Shown here one piece after another: positions 30,101-46,100 of a stretch of 64,000 bases of DNA (positions within the stretch are counted from its first letter, which is position 1; every line of letters starts with the position of its first letter). Where the stretch lies: the NCBI RefSeq assembly GCF_009914755.1, contig NC_060925.1; one strand, 5' to 3'. The DNA is from the human T2T-CHM13v2.0 reference genome, Homo sapiens. The notes under the pieces were generated by a model. It was given only the letters and a program-made list of their open reading frames with translations, did no database searches and was not told the DNA's origin. The position numbers and the translations under genes were made by a program.

Positions 30101-32950
30101 GAATGGAATCGTCATCGAATGAATTGACTGCAATCATCGAATGGTCTCGAATGGAATCATCTTCAAATGGAATGGAATGGAATCATCGCATAGAATCGAA
30201 TGGAATTATCATCGAATGGAATCGAATGGAATCAACATCAAACGAAAAAAACGGAATTATCGAATGGAATCGAAGAGAATCATCGAATGGACCCGAATGG
30301 AATCATCTAATGGAATGGAATGGAATAATCCATGGACTCGAATGCAATCATCATCGAATGGAATCGAATGGAATCATCGAATGGACTCGAATGGAATAAT
30401 CATTGAACGGAATCGAATGGAATCATCATCGGATGGAAATGAATGGAATCATCATCGAATGGAATCGAATAGAATTATGGAATGAAATCCAGTGTGATCA
30501 TCATCGAATGGACCCGAATGGAATCATCATCCAACGGAAGCTAATGGAATCAACATCGAATGAATCGAATGGAAACACCATCGAATTGAAACGAATGGAA
30601 TTATCATGAAATTGAAATGGATGGACTCATCATCGAATGGATTCGAATGGAATCATCGAATAAAATTGATTGAAATCATCATCCAATGGAATCGAATGGT
30701 ATCATTGAATGGAATCGAATGGAATCATCATCAGATGGAAATGAATGGAATCGTCATAGAATGGAATCGAATGGATTCATTGAATGGAATCAGATGGAAT
30801 CATCGAATGGACTGGAATGGAATCATTGAATGGACTCGAAAGGGATCATTATTGAATGGAATTGAATGGAATCATCGAATGGTCTCGATTGGAATCATTA
30901 TCAAATGGAATCGAATGGAATCACCGAATAGAATCGAATGGAACAATCATCGAATGGACTCAAATGGAATTATCCTCCAATGGAATCGAATGGAATTATC
31001 GAATGCAATCGAATGGAATTATCGAATGCAATCGAATAGAATCATCGAATGGACTCGAATGGAATCATCGAATGGAATGGAATGGAACAGTCAATGAACT
31101 CGAATGGAATCATCATTGAATGGAATCGAATGGAATCATCGAGTGGAATCGAATGGAATTATGATCAAATGGAATCGAATGTAATCATCATCAAATGGAA
31201 TCAAAAATAACCATCATCAATTGGTATTGAATGGAATTGTCATCAAATGGAATTCAAAGGAATCATCATCAAATGGAACCGAATGGAATCCTCATTGAAT
31301 GGAAATGAAAGGGGTCATCATCTAATGGAATCGCATGGAATCATCATCAAATGGAATCGAATGGAATCATCATCAAATGGAATCTAATGGAATCATTGAA
31401 CAGAATTGAATGGAATCGTCATCGAATGAATTGAATGCAATCATCGAATGGTCTCGAATGGAATCATCTTCTAATGGAAAGGAATGGAATCATCGCATAA
31501 AATCGAATGGAATTATCATCGAATGGAATCGAATGGTATCAACACCAAACGGAAAAAAACGGAATTATCGAATGGAATCGAAGAGAATCTTCGAACGGAC
31601 CCGAATGGAATCATCTAATGGAATGGAATGGAATAATCCATGGACTCGAATGCAATCATCATCGAATGGAATGGAATGGAATCATCGAATGGACTCGAAT
31701 GGAATAATCATTGAACGGAATCGAATGGAATCATCATCGGATGGAAACGAATGGAATCATCATCGAATGGAAATGAAAGGAGTCATCATCTAATGGAATT
31801 GCATGGAATCATCATAAAATGGAATCGAATGGAATCAACATCAAATGGAATCAAATGGAATCATTGAACGGAATTGAATGGAATCGTCATCGAATGAATT
31901 GACTGCAATCATCGAATGGTCTCGAATGGAATCATCTTCAAATGGAATGGAATGGAATCATCGCATAGAATCGAATGGAATTATCATCGAATGGAATCGA
32001 ATGGAATCAACATCAAACGGAAAAAAACGGAATTATCGAATGGAATCGAAGAGAATCATCGAATGGACCCGAATGGAATCATCTAATGGAATGGAATGGA
32101 ATAATCCATGGACTCGAATGCAATCATCATCGAATGGAATCGAATGGAATCATCGAATGGACTCGAATGGAATAATCATTGAACGGAATCGAATGGAATC
32201 ATCATCGGATGGAAATGAATGGAATCATCATCGAATGGAATCGAATAGAATTATGGAATGAAATCCAGTGTGATCATCATCGAATGGACCCGAATGGAAT
32301 CATCATCCAACGGAAGCTAATGGAATCAACATCGAATGAATCGAATGGAAACACAATCGAACTGAAACGAATGGAATTATCATGAAATTGAAATGGATGG
32401 ACTCATCATCGAATGGATTCGAATGGAATCATCGAATAAAATTGATTGAAATCATCATCCAATGGAATCGAATGGTATCATTGAATGGAATCGAATGGAA
32501 TCATCATCAGATGGAAATGAATGGAATCGTCATAGAATGGAATCGAATGGATTCATTGAATGGAATCAGATGGAATCATCGAATGGACTGGAATGGAATC
32601 ATTGAATGGACTCGAAAGGGATCATGATTGAATGGAATTGAATGGAATCATCGAATGGTCTCGATTGGAATCATTATCAAATGGAATCGAATGGAATCAC
32701 CGAATAGAATCGAATGGAACAATCATCGAATGGACTCAAATGGAATTATCCTCCAATGGAATCGAATAGAATTATCGAATGCAATCGAATGGAATTATCG
32801 AATGCAATCGAATAGAATCATCGAATGGACTCGAATGGAATCATCGAATGGAATGGAATGGAACAGTCAATGAACTCGAATGGAATCATCATTGAATGGA
32901 ATCGAATGGAATCATCGAGTGGAATCGAATGGAATTATGATCAAATGGAA
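15200..32950 (+). repeat. Tandem duplication of a 5-unit block, period 8879 bp (U10-U14 and U15-U19); boundaries approximate
   Basis: The same ordered private variants recur at +8879: GGAATTGAATAG 16260/25139, GGCATTATG ~16951/25830, TGTTCTC ~19489/28368, 1-bp deletion ~21365/30244, CATAAAATCG ~22621/31500, ACACAATCGAACTG ~23476/32355. Confidence 0.9.
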
Positions 32951-33999
32951 TCGAATGTAATCATCATCAAATGGAATCAAAAATAACCATCATCAATTGG
33001 TATTGAATGGAATTGTCATCAAATGGAATTCAAAGGAATCATCATCAAATGGAACCGAATGGAATCCTCATTGAATGGAAATGAAAGGGGTCATCATCTA
33101 ATGGAATCACATGGAATCATCATCAAATGGAATCGAATGGAATCATCATCAAATGGAATCTAATGGAATCATTGAACAGAATTGAATGGAATCGTCATCG
33201 AATGAATTGAATGCAATCATCGAATGGTCTCGAATGGAATCATCTTCTAATGGAAAGGAATGGAATCATCGCATAGAATCGAATGGAATTATCATCGAAT
33301 GGAATCGAATGGTATCAACACCAAACGGAAAAAAACGGAATTATCGAATGGAATCGAAGAGAATCTTCGAACGGACCCGAATGGAATCATCTAATGGAAT
33401 GGAATGGAATAATCCATGGACTCGAATGCAATCATCATCGAATGGAATGGAATGGAATCATCGAATGGACTCGAATGGAATAATCATTGAACGGAATCGA
33501 ATGGAATCATCATCGGATGGAAACGAATGGAATCATCATCGAATGGAAATGAAAGGAGTCATCATCTAATGGAATTGCATGGAATCATCATAAAATGGAA
33601 TCGAATGGAATCAACATCAAATGGAATCAAATGGAATCATTGAACGGAATTGAATGGAATCGTCATCGAATGAATTGACTGCAATCATCGAATGGTCTCG
33701 AATGGAATCATCTTCAAATGGAATGGAATGGAATCATCGCATAGAATCGAATGGAATTATCATCGAATGGAATCGAATGGAATCAACATCAAACGGAAAA
33801 AAACGGAATTATCGAATGGAATCGAAGAGAATCATCGAATGGACCCGAATGGAATCATCTAATGGAATGGAATGGAATAATCCATGGACTCGAATGCAAT
33901 CATCATCGAATGGAATCGAATGGAATCATTGAATGGACTCGAATGGAATAATCATTGAACGGAATCGAATGGAATCATCATCGGATGGAAATGAATGGA

Positions 34000-36900
34000 A
34001 TCATCATCGAATGGAATCGAATAGAATTATGGAATGAAATCCAGTGTGATCATCATCGAATGGACCCGAATGGAATCATCATCCAACGGAAGCTAATGGA
34101 ATCAACATCGAATGAATCGAATGGAAACACCATCGGATTGAAACGAATGGAATTATCATGAAATTGAAATGGATGGATTCATCATCGAATGGATTCGAAT
34201 GGAATCATCGAATAAAATTGATTGAAATCATCATCGAATGGAATCGAATGGTATCATTGAATGGAATCGAATGGAATCATCATCAGATGGAAATGAATGG
34301 AATCGTCATAGAATGGAATCGAATGGATTCATTGAATGGAATCAGATGGAATCATCGAATGGACTGGAATGGAATCATTGAATGGACTCGAAAGGGATCA
34401 TGATTGAATGGAATTGAATGGAATCATCGAATGGTCTCGATTGGAATCATTATCAAATGGAATCGAATGGAATCACCGAATAGAATCAAATGGAACAATC
34501 ATCGAATGGACTCAAATGGAATTATCCTCAAATGGAATCGAATGGAATTATCGAATGCAATCGAATGGAATTATCGAATGCAATCGAATAGAATCATCGA
34601 AAGGACTCGAATGGAATCATCGAATGGAATGGAATGGAACAGTCAATGAACTCGAATGGAATCATCATTGAATGGAATCGAATGCAATCATCGAGTGGAA
34701 TCGAATGGAATTATGATCAAATGGAATCGAATGTAATCATCATCAAATGGAATCAAAAATAACCATCATCAATTGGTATTGAATGGAATTGTCATCAAAT
34801 GGAATTCAAAGGAATCATCATCAAATGGAACCGAATGGAATCCTCATTGAATGGAAATGAAAGGGGTCATCATCTAATGGAATCGCATGGAATCATCATC
34901 AAATGGAATCGAATGGAATCATCATCAAATGGAATCTAATGGAATCATTGAACAGAATTGAATGGAATCGTCATCGAATGAATTGAATGCAATCATCGAA
35001 TGGTCTCGAATGGAATCATCTTCTAATGGAAAGGAATGGAATCATCGCATAGAATCGAATGGAATTATCATCGAATGGAATCGAATGGTATCAACACCAA
35101 ACGGAAAAAAACGGAATTATCGAATGGAATCGAAGAGAATCTTCGAACGGACCCGAATGGAATCATCTAATGGAATGGAATGGAATAATCCATGGACTCG
35201 AATGCAATCATCATCGAATGGAATGGAATGGAATCATCGAATGGACTCGAATGGAATAATCATTGAACGGAATCGAATGGAATCATCATCGGATCGAAAC
35301 GAATGGAATCATCATCGAATGGAAATGAAAGGAGTCATCATCTAATGGAATTGCATGGAATCATCATCAAATGGAATCGAATGGAATCAACATCAAATGG
35401 AATCAAATGGAATCATTGAACGGAATTGAATGGAATCGTCATCGAATGAATTGACTGCAATCATCGAATGTTCTCGAATGGAATCATCTTCAAATGGAAT
35501 GGAATGGAATCATCGCATAGAATCGAATGGAATTATCATCGAATGGAATCGAATGGAATCAACATCAAACGGAAAAAAACGGAATTATCGTATGGAATCG
35601 AAGAGAATCATCGAATGGACCCGAATGGAATCATCTAATGGAATGGAATGGAATAATCCATGGACTCGAATGCAATCATCATCGAATGAAATCGAATGGA
35701 ATCATCGAATGGACTCGAATGGAATAATCATTGAACGGAATCGAATGGAATCATCATCGGATGGAAATGAATGGAATCATCATCGAATGGAATCGAATAG
35801 AATTATGGAATGAAATCCAGTGTGATCATCATCGAATGGACCCGAATGGAATCATCATCCAACGGAAGCTAATGGAATCAACATCGAATGAATCGAATGG
35901 AAACACCATCGAATTGAAACGAATGGAATTATCATGAAATTGAAATGGATGGACTCATCATCGAATGGATTCGAATGGAATCATCGAATAAAATTGATTG
36001 AAATCATCATCAAATGGAATCGAATGGTGTCATTGAATGGAATCGAATGGAATCATCATCAGATGGAAATGAATGGAATCGTCATAGAATGGAATCGAAT
36101 GGATTCATTGAATGGAATCAGATGGAATCATCGAATGGACTGGAATGGAATCATTGAATGGACTCGAAAGGGATCATGATTGAATGGAATTGAATGGAAA
36201 CATCGAATGGTCTCGATTGGAATCATTACCAAATGGAATCGAATGGAATCACCGAATAGAATCGAATGGAACAATCATCGAATGGACTCAAATGGAATTA
36301 TCCTCCAATGGAATCGAATGGAATTATCGAATGCAATCGAATGGAATTATCGAATGCAATCGAATAGAATCATCGAATGGACTCGAATGGAATCATCGAA
36401 TGGAATGGAATGGAACAGTCAATGAACTCGAATGGAATCATCATTGAATGGAATCGAATGGAATCATCGAGTGGAATCGAATGGAATTATGATCAAATGG
36501 AATCGAATGTAATCATCATCAAATGGAATCAAAAATAACCATCATCAATTGGTATTGAATGGAATTGTCATCAAATGGAATTCAAAGGAATCATCATCAA
36601 ATGGAACCGAATGGAATCCTCATTGAATGGAAATGAAAGGGGTCATCATCTAATGGAATCGCATGGAATCATCATCAAATGGAATCGAATGGAATCATCA
36701 TCAAATGGAATCTAATGGAATCATTGAACAGAATTGAATGGAATCGTCATCGAATGAATTGAATGCAATCATCGAATGGTCTCGAATGGAATCATCTTCT
36801 AATGGAAAGGAATGGAATCATCGCATAGAATCGAATGGAATTATCATCGAATGGAATCGAATGGTATCAACACCAAACGGAAAAAAACGGAATTATCGAA

Positions 36901-39900
36901 TGGAATCGAAGAGAATCTTCGAACGGACCCGAATGGAATCATCTAATGGAATGGAATGGAATAATCCATGGACTCGAATGCAATCATCATCGAATGGAAT
37001 CGAATGGAATCATCGAATGGACTCGAATGGAATAATCATTGAACAGAATCGAATGGAATCATCATCGGATGGAAATGAATGGAATCATCATCGAATGGAA
37101 ATGAAAGGAGTCATCATCTAATGGAATTGCATGGAATCATCATAAAATGGAATCGAATGGAATCAACATCAAATGGAATCAAATGGAATCATTGAACGGA
37201 ATTGAATGGAATCGTCATCGAATGAATTGACTGCAATCATCGAATGGTCTCGAATGGAATCATCTTCAAATGGAATGGAATGGAATCATCGCATAGAATC
37301 GAATGGAATTATCATCGAATGGAATCGAATGGAATCAACATCAAACGGAAAGAAACGGAATTATCGAATGGAATCGAAGAGAATCATCGAATGGACCCGA
37401 ATGGAATCATCTAATGGAATGGAATGGAATAATCCATGGACTCGAATGCAATCATCATCGAATGGAATCGAATGGAATCATCGAATGGACTCGAATGGAA
37501 TAATCATTGAACGGAATCGAATGGAATCATCATCGGATGGAAATGAATGGAATCATCATCGAATGGAATCGAATATAATTATGGAATGAAATCCAGTGTG
37601 ATCATCATCGAATGGACCCGAATGGAATCATCATCCAATGGAAGCTAATGGAATCAACATCGAATGAATCGAATGGAAACACCATCGAATTGAAACGAAT
37701 GGAATTATCATGAAATTGAAATGGATGGACTCATCATCGAATGGATTCGAATGGAATCATCGAATAAAATTGATTGAAATCATCATCCAATGGAATCGAA
37801 TGGTATCATTGAATGGAATCGAATGGAATCATCATCAGATGGAAATGAATGGAATCGTCATAGAATGGAATCGAATGGATTCATTGAATGGAATCAGATG
37901 GAATCATCGAATGGACTGGAATGGAATCATTGAATGGACTCGAAAGGGATCATTATTGAATGGAATTGAATGGAATCATCGAATGGTCTCGATTGGAATC
38001 ATTATCAAATGGAATCGAATGGAATCACCGAATAGAATCGAATGGAACAATCATCGAATGGACTCAAATGGAATTATCCTCCAATGGAATCGAATGGAAT
38101 TATCGAATGCAATCGAATGGAATTATCGAATGCAATCGAATAGAATCATCGAATGGACTCGAATGGAATCATCGAATGGAATGGAATGGAACAGTCAATG
38201 AACTCGAATGGAATCATCATTGAATGGAATCGAATGGAATCATCGAGTGGAATCGAATGGAATTATGATCAAATGGAATCGAATGTAATCATCATCAAAT
38301 GGAATCAAAAATAACCATCATCAATTGGTATTGAATGGAATTGTCATCAAATGGAATTCAAAGGAATCATCATCAAATGGAACCGAATGGAATCCTCATT
38401 GAATGGAAATGAAAGGGGTCATCATCTAATGGAATCGCATGGAATCATCATCAAATGGAATCGAATGGAATCATCATCAAATGGAATCTAATGGAATCAT
38501 TGAACAGAATTGAATGGAATCGTCATCGAATGAATTGAATGCAATCATCGAATGGTCTCGAATGGAATCATCTTCTAATGGAAAGGAATGGAATCATCGC
38601 ATAAAATCGAATGGAATTATCATCGAATGGAATCGAATGGTATCAACACCAAACGGAAAAAAACGGAATTATCGAATGGAATCGAAGAGAATCTTCGAAC
38701 GGACCCGAATGGAATCATCTAATGGAATGGAATGGAATAATCCATGGACTCGAATGCAATCATCATCGAATGGAATGGAATGGAATCATCGAATGGACTC
38801 GAATGGAATAATCATTGAACGGAATCGAATGGAATCATCATCGGATGGAAACGAATGGAATCATCATCGAATGGAAATGAAAGGAGTCATCATCTAATGG
38901 AATTGCATGGAATCATCATAAAATGGAATCGAATGGAATCAACATCAAATGGAATCAAATGGAATCATTGAACGGAATTGAATGGAATCGTCATCGAATG
39001 AATTGACTGCAATCATCGAATGGTCTCGAATGGAATCATCTTCAAATGGAATGGAATGGAATCATCGCATAGAATCGAATGGAATTATCATCGAATGGAA
39101 TCGAATGGAATCAACATCAAACGGAAAAAAACGGAATTATCGAATGGAATCGAAGAGAATCATCGAATGGACCCGAATGGAATCATCTAATGGAATGGAA
39201 TGGAATAATCCATGGACTCGAATGCAATCATCATCGAATGGAATCGAATGGAATCATCGAATGGACTCGAATGGAATAATCATTGAACGGAATCGAATGG
39301 AATCATCATCGGATGGAAATGAATGGAATCATCATCGAATGGAATCGAATAGAATTATGGAATGAAATCCAGTGTGATCATCATCGAATGGACCCGAATG
39401 GAATCATCATCCAACGGAAGCTAATGGAATCAACATCGAATGAATCGAATGGAAACACCATCGGATTGAAACGAATGGAATTATCATGAAATTGAAATGG
39501 ATGGATTCATCATCGAATGGATTCGAATGGAATCATCGAATAAAATTGATTGAAATCATCATCCAATGGAATCGAATGGTATCATTGAATGGAATCGAAT
39601 GGAATCATCATCAGATGGAAATGAATGGAATCGTCATAGAATGGAATCGAATGGATTCATTGAATGGAATCAGATGGAATCATCGAATGGACTGGAATGG
39701 AATCATTGAATGGACTCGAAAGGGATCATGATTGAATGGAATTGAATGGAATCATCGAATGGTCTCGATTGGAATCATTATCAAATGGAATCGAATGGAA
39801 TCACCGAATAGAATCAAATGGAACAATCATCGAATGGACTCAAATGGAATTATCCTCAAATGGAATCGAATGGAATTATCGAATGCAATCGAATGGAATT

Positions 39901-42900
39901 ATCGAATGCAATCGAATAGAATCATCGAAAGGACTCGAATGGAATCATCGAATGGAATGGAATGGAACAGTCAATGAACTCGAATGGAATCATCATTGAA
40001 TGGAATCGAATGCAATCATCGAGTGGAATCGAATGGAATTATGATCAAATGGAATCGAATGTAATCATCATCAAATGGAATCAAAAATAACCATCATCAA
40101 TTGGTATTGAATGGAATTGTCATCAAATGGAATTCAAAGGAATCATCATCAAATGGAACCGAATGGAATCCTCATTGAATGGAAATGAAAGGGGTCATCA
40201 TCTAATGGAATCGCATGGAATCATCATCAAATGGAATCGAATGGAATCATCATCAAATGGAATCTAATGGAATCATTGAACAGAATTGAATGGAATCGTC
40301 ATCGAATGAATTGAATGCAATCATCGAATGGTCTCGAATGGAATCATCTTCTAATGGAAAGGAATGGAATCATCGCATAGAATCGAATGGAATTATCATC
40401 GAATGGAATCGAATGGTATCAACACCAAACGGAAAAAAACGGAATTATCGAATGGAATCGAAGAGAATCTTCGAACGGACCCGAATGGAATCATCTAATG
40501 GAATGGAATGGAATAATCCATGGACTCGAATGCAATCATCATCGAATGGAATGGAATGGAATCATCGAATGGACTCGAATGGAATAATCATTGAACGGAA
40601 TCGAATGGAATCATCATCGGATCGAAACGAATGGAATCATCATCGAATGGAAATGAAAGGAGTCATCATCTAATGGAATTGCATGGAATCATCATCAAAT
40701 GGAATCGAATGGAATCAACATCAAATGGAATCAAATGGAATCATTGAACGGAATTGAATGGAATCGTCATCGAATGAATTGACTGCAATCATCGAATGTT
40801 CTCGAATGGAATCATCTTCAAATGGAATGGAATGGAATCATCGCATAGAATCGAATGGAATTATCATCGAATGGAATCGAATGGAATCAACATCAAACGG
40901 AAAAAAACGGAATTATCGTATGGAATCGAAGAGAATCATCGAATGGACCCGAATGGAATCATCTAATGGAATGGAATGGAATAATCCATGGACTCGAATG
41001 CAATCATCATCGAATGAAATCGAATGGAATCATCGAATGGACTCGAATGGAATAATCATTGAACGGAATCGAATGGAATCATCATCGGATGGAAATGAAT
41101 GGAATCATCATCGAATGGAATCGAATAGAATTATGGAATGAAATCCAGTGTGATCATCATCGAATGGACCCGAATGGAATCATCATCCAACGGAAGCTAA
41201 TGGAATCAACATCGAATGAATCGAATGGAAACACCATCGAATTGAAACGAATGGAATTATCATGAAATTGAAATGGATGGACTCATCATCGAATGGATTC
41301 GAATGGAATCATCGAATAAAATTGATTGAAATCATCATCAAATGGAATCGAATGGTGTCATTGAATGGAATCGAATGGAATCATCATCAGATGGAAATGA
41401 ATGGAATCGTCATAGAATGGAATCGAATGGATTCATTGAATGGAATCAGATGGAATCATCGAATGGACTGGAATGGAATCATTGAATGGACTCGAAAGGG
41501 ATCATGATTGAATGGAATTGAATGGAAACATCGAATGGTCTCGATTGGAATCATTACCAAATGGAATCGAATGGAATCACCGAATAGAATCGAATGGAAC
41601 AATCATCGAATGGACTCAAATGGAATTATCCTCCAATGGAATCGAATGGAATTATCGAATGCAATCGAATGGAATTATCGAATGCAATCGAATAGAATCA
41701 TCGAATGGACTCGAATGGAATCATCGAATGGAATGGAATGGAACAGTCAATGAACTCGAATGGAATCATCATTGAATGGAATCGAATGGAATCATCGAGT
41801 GGAATCGAATGGAATTATGATCAAATGGAATCGAATGTAATCATCATCAAATGGAATCAAAAATAACCATCATCAATTGGTATTGAATGGAATTGTCATC
41901 AAATGGAATTCAAAGGAATCATCATCAAATGGAACCGAATGGAATCCTCATTGAATGGAAATGAAAGGGGTCATCATCTAATGGAATCGCATGGAATCAT
42001 CATCAAATGGAATCGAATGGAATCATCATCAAATGGAATCTAATGGAATCATTGAACAGAATTGAATGGAATCGTCATCGAATGAATTGAATGCAATCAT
42101 CGAATGGTCTCGAATGGAATCATCTTCTAATGGAAAGGAATGGAATCATCGCATAGAATCGAATGGAATTATCATCGAATGGAATCGAATGGTATCAACA
42201 CCAAACGGAAAAAAACGGAATTATCGAATGGAATCGAAGAGAATCTTCGAACGGACCCGAATGGAATCATCTAATGGAATGGAATGGAATAATCCATGGA
42301 CTCGAATGCAATCATCATCGAATGGAATCGAATGGAATCATCGAATGGACTCGAATGGAATAATCATTGAACAGAATCGAATGGAATCATCATCGGATGG
42401 AAATGAATGGAATCATCATCGAATGGAAATGAAAGGAGTCATCATCTAATGGAATTGCATGGAATCATCATAAAATGGAATCGAATGGAATCAACATCAA
42501 ATGGAATCAAATGGAATCATTGAACGGAATTGAATGGAATCGTCATCGAATGAATTGACTGCAATCATCGAATGGTCTCGAATGGAATCATCTTCAAATG
42601 GAATGGAATGGAATCATCGCATAGAATCGAATGGAATTATCATCGAATGGAATCGAATGGAATCAACATCAAACGGAAAGAAACGGAATTATCGAATGGA
42701 ATCGAAGAGAATCATCGAATGGACCCGAATGGAATCATCTAATGGAATGGAATGGAATAATCCATGGACTCGAATGCAATCATCATCGAATGGAATCGAA
42801 TGGAATCATCGAATGGACTCGAATGGAATAATCATTGAACGGAATCGAATGGAATCATCATCGGATGGAAATGAATGGAATCATCATCGAATGGAATCGA

Positions 42901-45900
42901 ATATAATTATGGAATGAAATCCAGTGTGATCATCATCGAATGGACCCGAATGGAATCATCATCCAATGGAAGCTAATGGAATCAACATCGAATGAATCGA
43001 ATGGAAACACCATCGAATTGAAACGAATGGAATTATCATGAAATTGAAATGGATGGACTCATCATCGAATGGATTCGAATGGAATCATCGAATAAAATTG
43101 ATTGAAATCATCATCCAATGGAATCGAATGGTATCATTGAATGGAATCGAATGGAATCATCATCAGATGGAAATGAATGGAATCGTCATAGAATGGAATC
43201 GAATGGATTCATTGAATGGAATCAGATGGAATCATCGAATGGACTGGAATGGAATCATTGAATGGACTCGAAAGGGATCATTATTGAATGGAATTGAATG
43301 GAATCATCGAATGGTCTCGATTGGAATCATTATCAAATGGAATCGAATGGAATCACCGAATAGAATCGAATGGAACAATCATCGAATGGACTCAAATGGA
43401 ATTATCCTCCAATGGAATCGAATGGAATTATCGAATGCAATCGAATGGAATTATCGAATGCAATCGAATAGAATCATCGAATGGACTCGAATGGAATCAT
43501 CGAATGGAATGGAATGGAACAGTCAATGAACTCGAATGGAATCATCATTGAATGGAATCGAATGGAATCATCGAGTGGAATCGAATGGAATTATGATCAA
43601 ATGGAATCGAATGTAATCATCATCAAATGGAATCAAAAATAACCATCATCAATTGGTATTGAATGGAATTGTCATCAAATGGAATTCAAAGGAATCATCA
43701 TCAAATGGAACCGAATGGAATCCTCATTGAATGGAAATGAAAGGGGTCATCATCTAATGGAATCGCATGGAATCATCATCAAATGGAATCGAATGGAATC
43801 ATCATCAAATGGAATCTAATGGAATCATTGAACAGAATTGAATGGAATCGTCATCGAATGAATTGAATGCAATCATCGAATGGTCTCGAATGGAATCATC
43901 TTCTAATGGAAAGGAATGGAATCATCGCATAAAATCGAATGGAATTATCATCGAATGGAATCGAATGGTATCAACACCAAACGGAAAAAAACGGAATTAT
44001 CGAATGGAATCGAAGAGAATCTTCGAACGGACCCGAATGGAATCATCTAATGGAATGGAATGGAATAATCCATGGACTCGAATGCAATCATCATCGAATG
44101 GAATGGAATGGAATCATCGAATGGACTCGAATGGAATAATCATTGAACGGAATCGAATGGAATCATCATCGGATGGAAACGAATGGAATCATCATCGAAT
44201 GGAAATGAAAGGAGTCATCATCTAATGGAATTGCATGGAATCATCATAAAATGGAATCGAATGGAATCAACATCAAATGGAATCAAATGGAATCATTGAA
44301 CGGAATTGAATGGAATCGTCATCGAATGAATTGACTGCAATCATCGAATGGTCTCGAATGGAATCATCTTCAAATGGAATGGAATGGAATCATCGCATAG
44401 AATCGAATGGAATTATCATCGAATGGAATCGAATGGAATCAACATCAAACGGAAAAAAACGGAATTATCGAATGGAATCGAAGAGAATCATCGAATGGAC
44501 CCGAATGGAATCATCTAATGGAATGGAATGGAATAATCCATGGACTCGAATGCAATCATCATCGAATGGAATCGAATGGAATCATCGAATGGACTCGAAT
44601 GGAATAATCATTGAACGGAATCGAATGGAATCATCATCGGATGGAAATGAATGGAATCATCATCGAATGGAATCGAATAGAATTATGGAATGAAATCCAG
44701 TGTGATCATCATCGAATGGACCCGAATGGAATCATCATCCAACGGAAGCTAATGGAATCAACATCGAATGAATCGAATGGAAACACCATCGGATTGAAAC
44801 GAATGGAATTATCATGAAATTGAAATGGATGGATTCATCATCGAATGGATTCGAATGGAATCATCGAATAAAATTGATTGAAATCATCATCCAATGGAAT
44901 CGAATGGTATCATTGAATGGAATCGAATGGAATCATCATCAGATGGAAATGAATGGAATCGTCATAGAATGGAATCGAATGGATTCATTGAATGGAATCA
45001 GATGGAATCATCGAATGGACTGGAATGGAATCATTGAATGGACTCGAAAGGGATCATGATTGAATGGAATTGAATGGAATCATCGAATGGTCTCGATTGG
45101 AATCATTATCAAATGGAATCGAATGGAATCACCGAATAGAATCAAATGGAACAATCATCGAATGGACTCAAATGGAATTATCCTCAAATGGAATCGAATG
45201 GAATTATCGAATGCAATCGAATGGAATTATCGAATGCAATCGAATAGAATCATCGAAAGGACTCGAATGGAATCATCGAATGGAATGGAATGGAACAGTC
45301 AATGAACTCGAATGGAATCATCATTGAATGGAATCGAATGCAATCATCGAGTGGAATCGAATGGAATTATGATCAAATGGAATCGAATGTAATCATCATC
45401 AAATGGAATCAAAAATAACCATCATCAATTGGTATTGAATGGAATTGTCATCAAATGGAATTCAAAGGAATCATCATCAAATGGAACCGAATGGAATCCT
45501 CATTGAATGGAAATGAAAGGGGTCATCATCTAATGGAATCGCATGGAATCATCATCAAATGGAATCGAATGGAATCATCATCAAATGGAATCTAATGGAA
45601 TCATTGAACAGAATTGAATGGAATCGTCATCGAATGAATTGAATGCAATCATCGAATGGTCTCGAATGGAATCATCTTCTAATGGAAAGGAATGGAATCA
45701 TCGCATAGAATCGAATGGAATTATCATCGAATGGAATCGAATGGTATCAACACCAAACGGAAAAAAACGGAATTATCGAATGGAATCGAAGAGAATCTTC
45801 GAACGGACCCGAATGGAATCATCTAATGGAATGGAATGGAATAATCCATGGACTCGAATGCAATCATCATCGAATGGAATGGAATGGAATCATCAAATGG

Positions 45901-46100
45901 ACTCGAATGGAATAATCATTGAACGGAATCGAATGGAATCATCATCGGATCGAAACGAATGGAATCATCATCGAATGGAAATGAAAGGAGTCATCATCTA
46001 ATGGAATTGCATGGAATCATCATCAAATGGAATCGAATGGAATCAACATCAAATGGAATCAAATGGAATCATTGAACGGAATTGAATGGAATCGTCATCG
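34000..46100 (+). repeat. Nascent 3-unit higher-order repeat, period 5328 bp, about 2.3 copies (U20-22, U23-25, U26)
   Basis: CATCGGATTG at ~34136/39464/44792, GGATCGAAAC at ~35295/40623/45951, TGTTCTC at ~35471/40799, GGAAAGAAAC at ~37352/42680 and AATATAATT at ~37576/42904. Confidence 0.9.
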
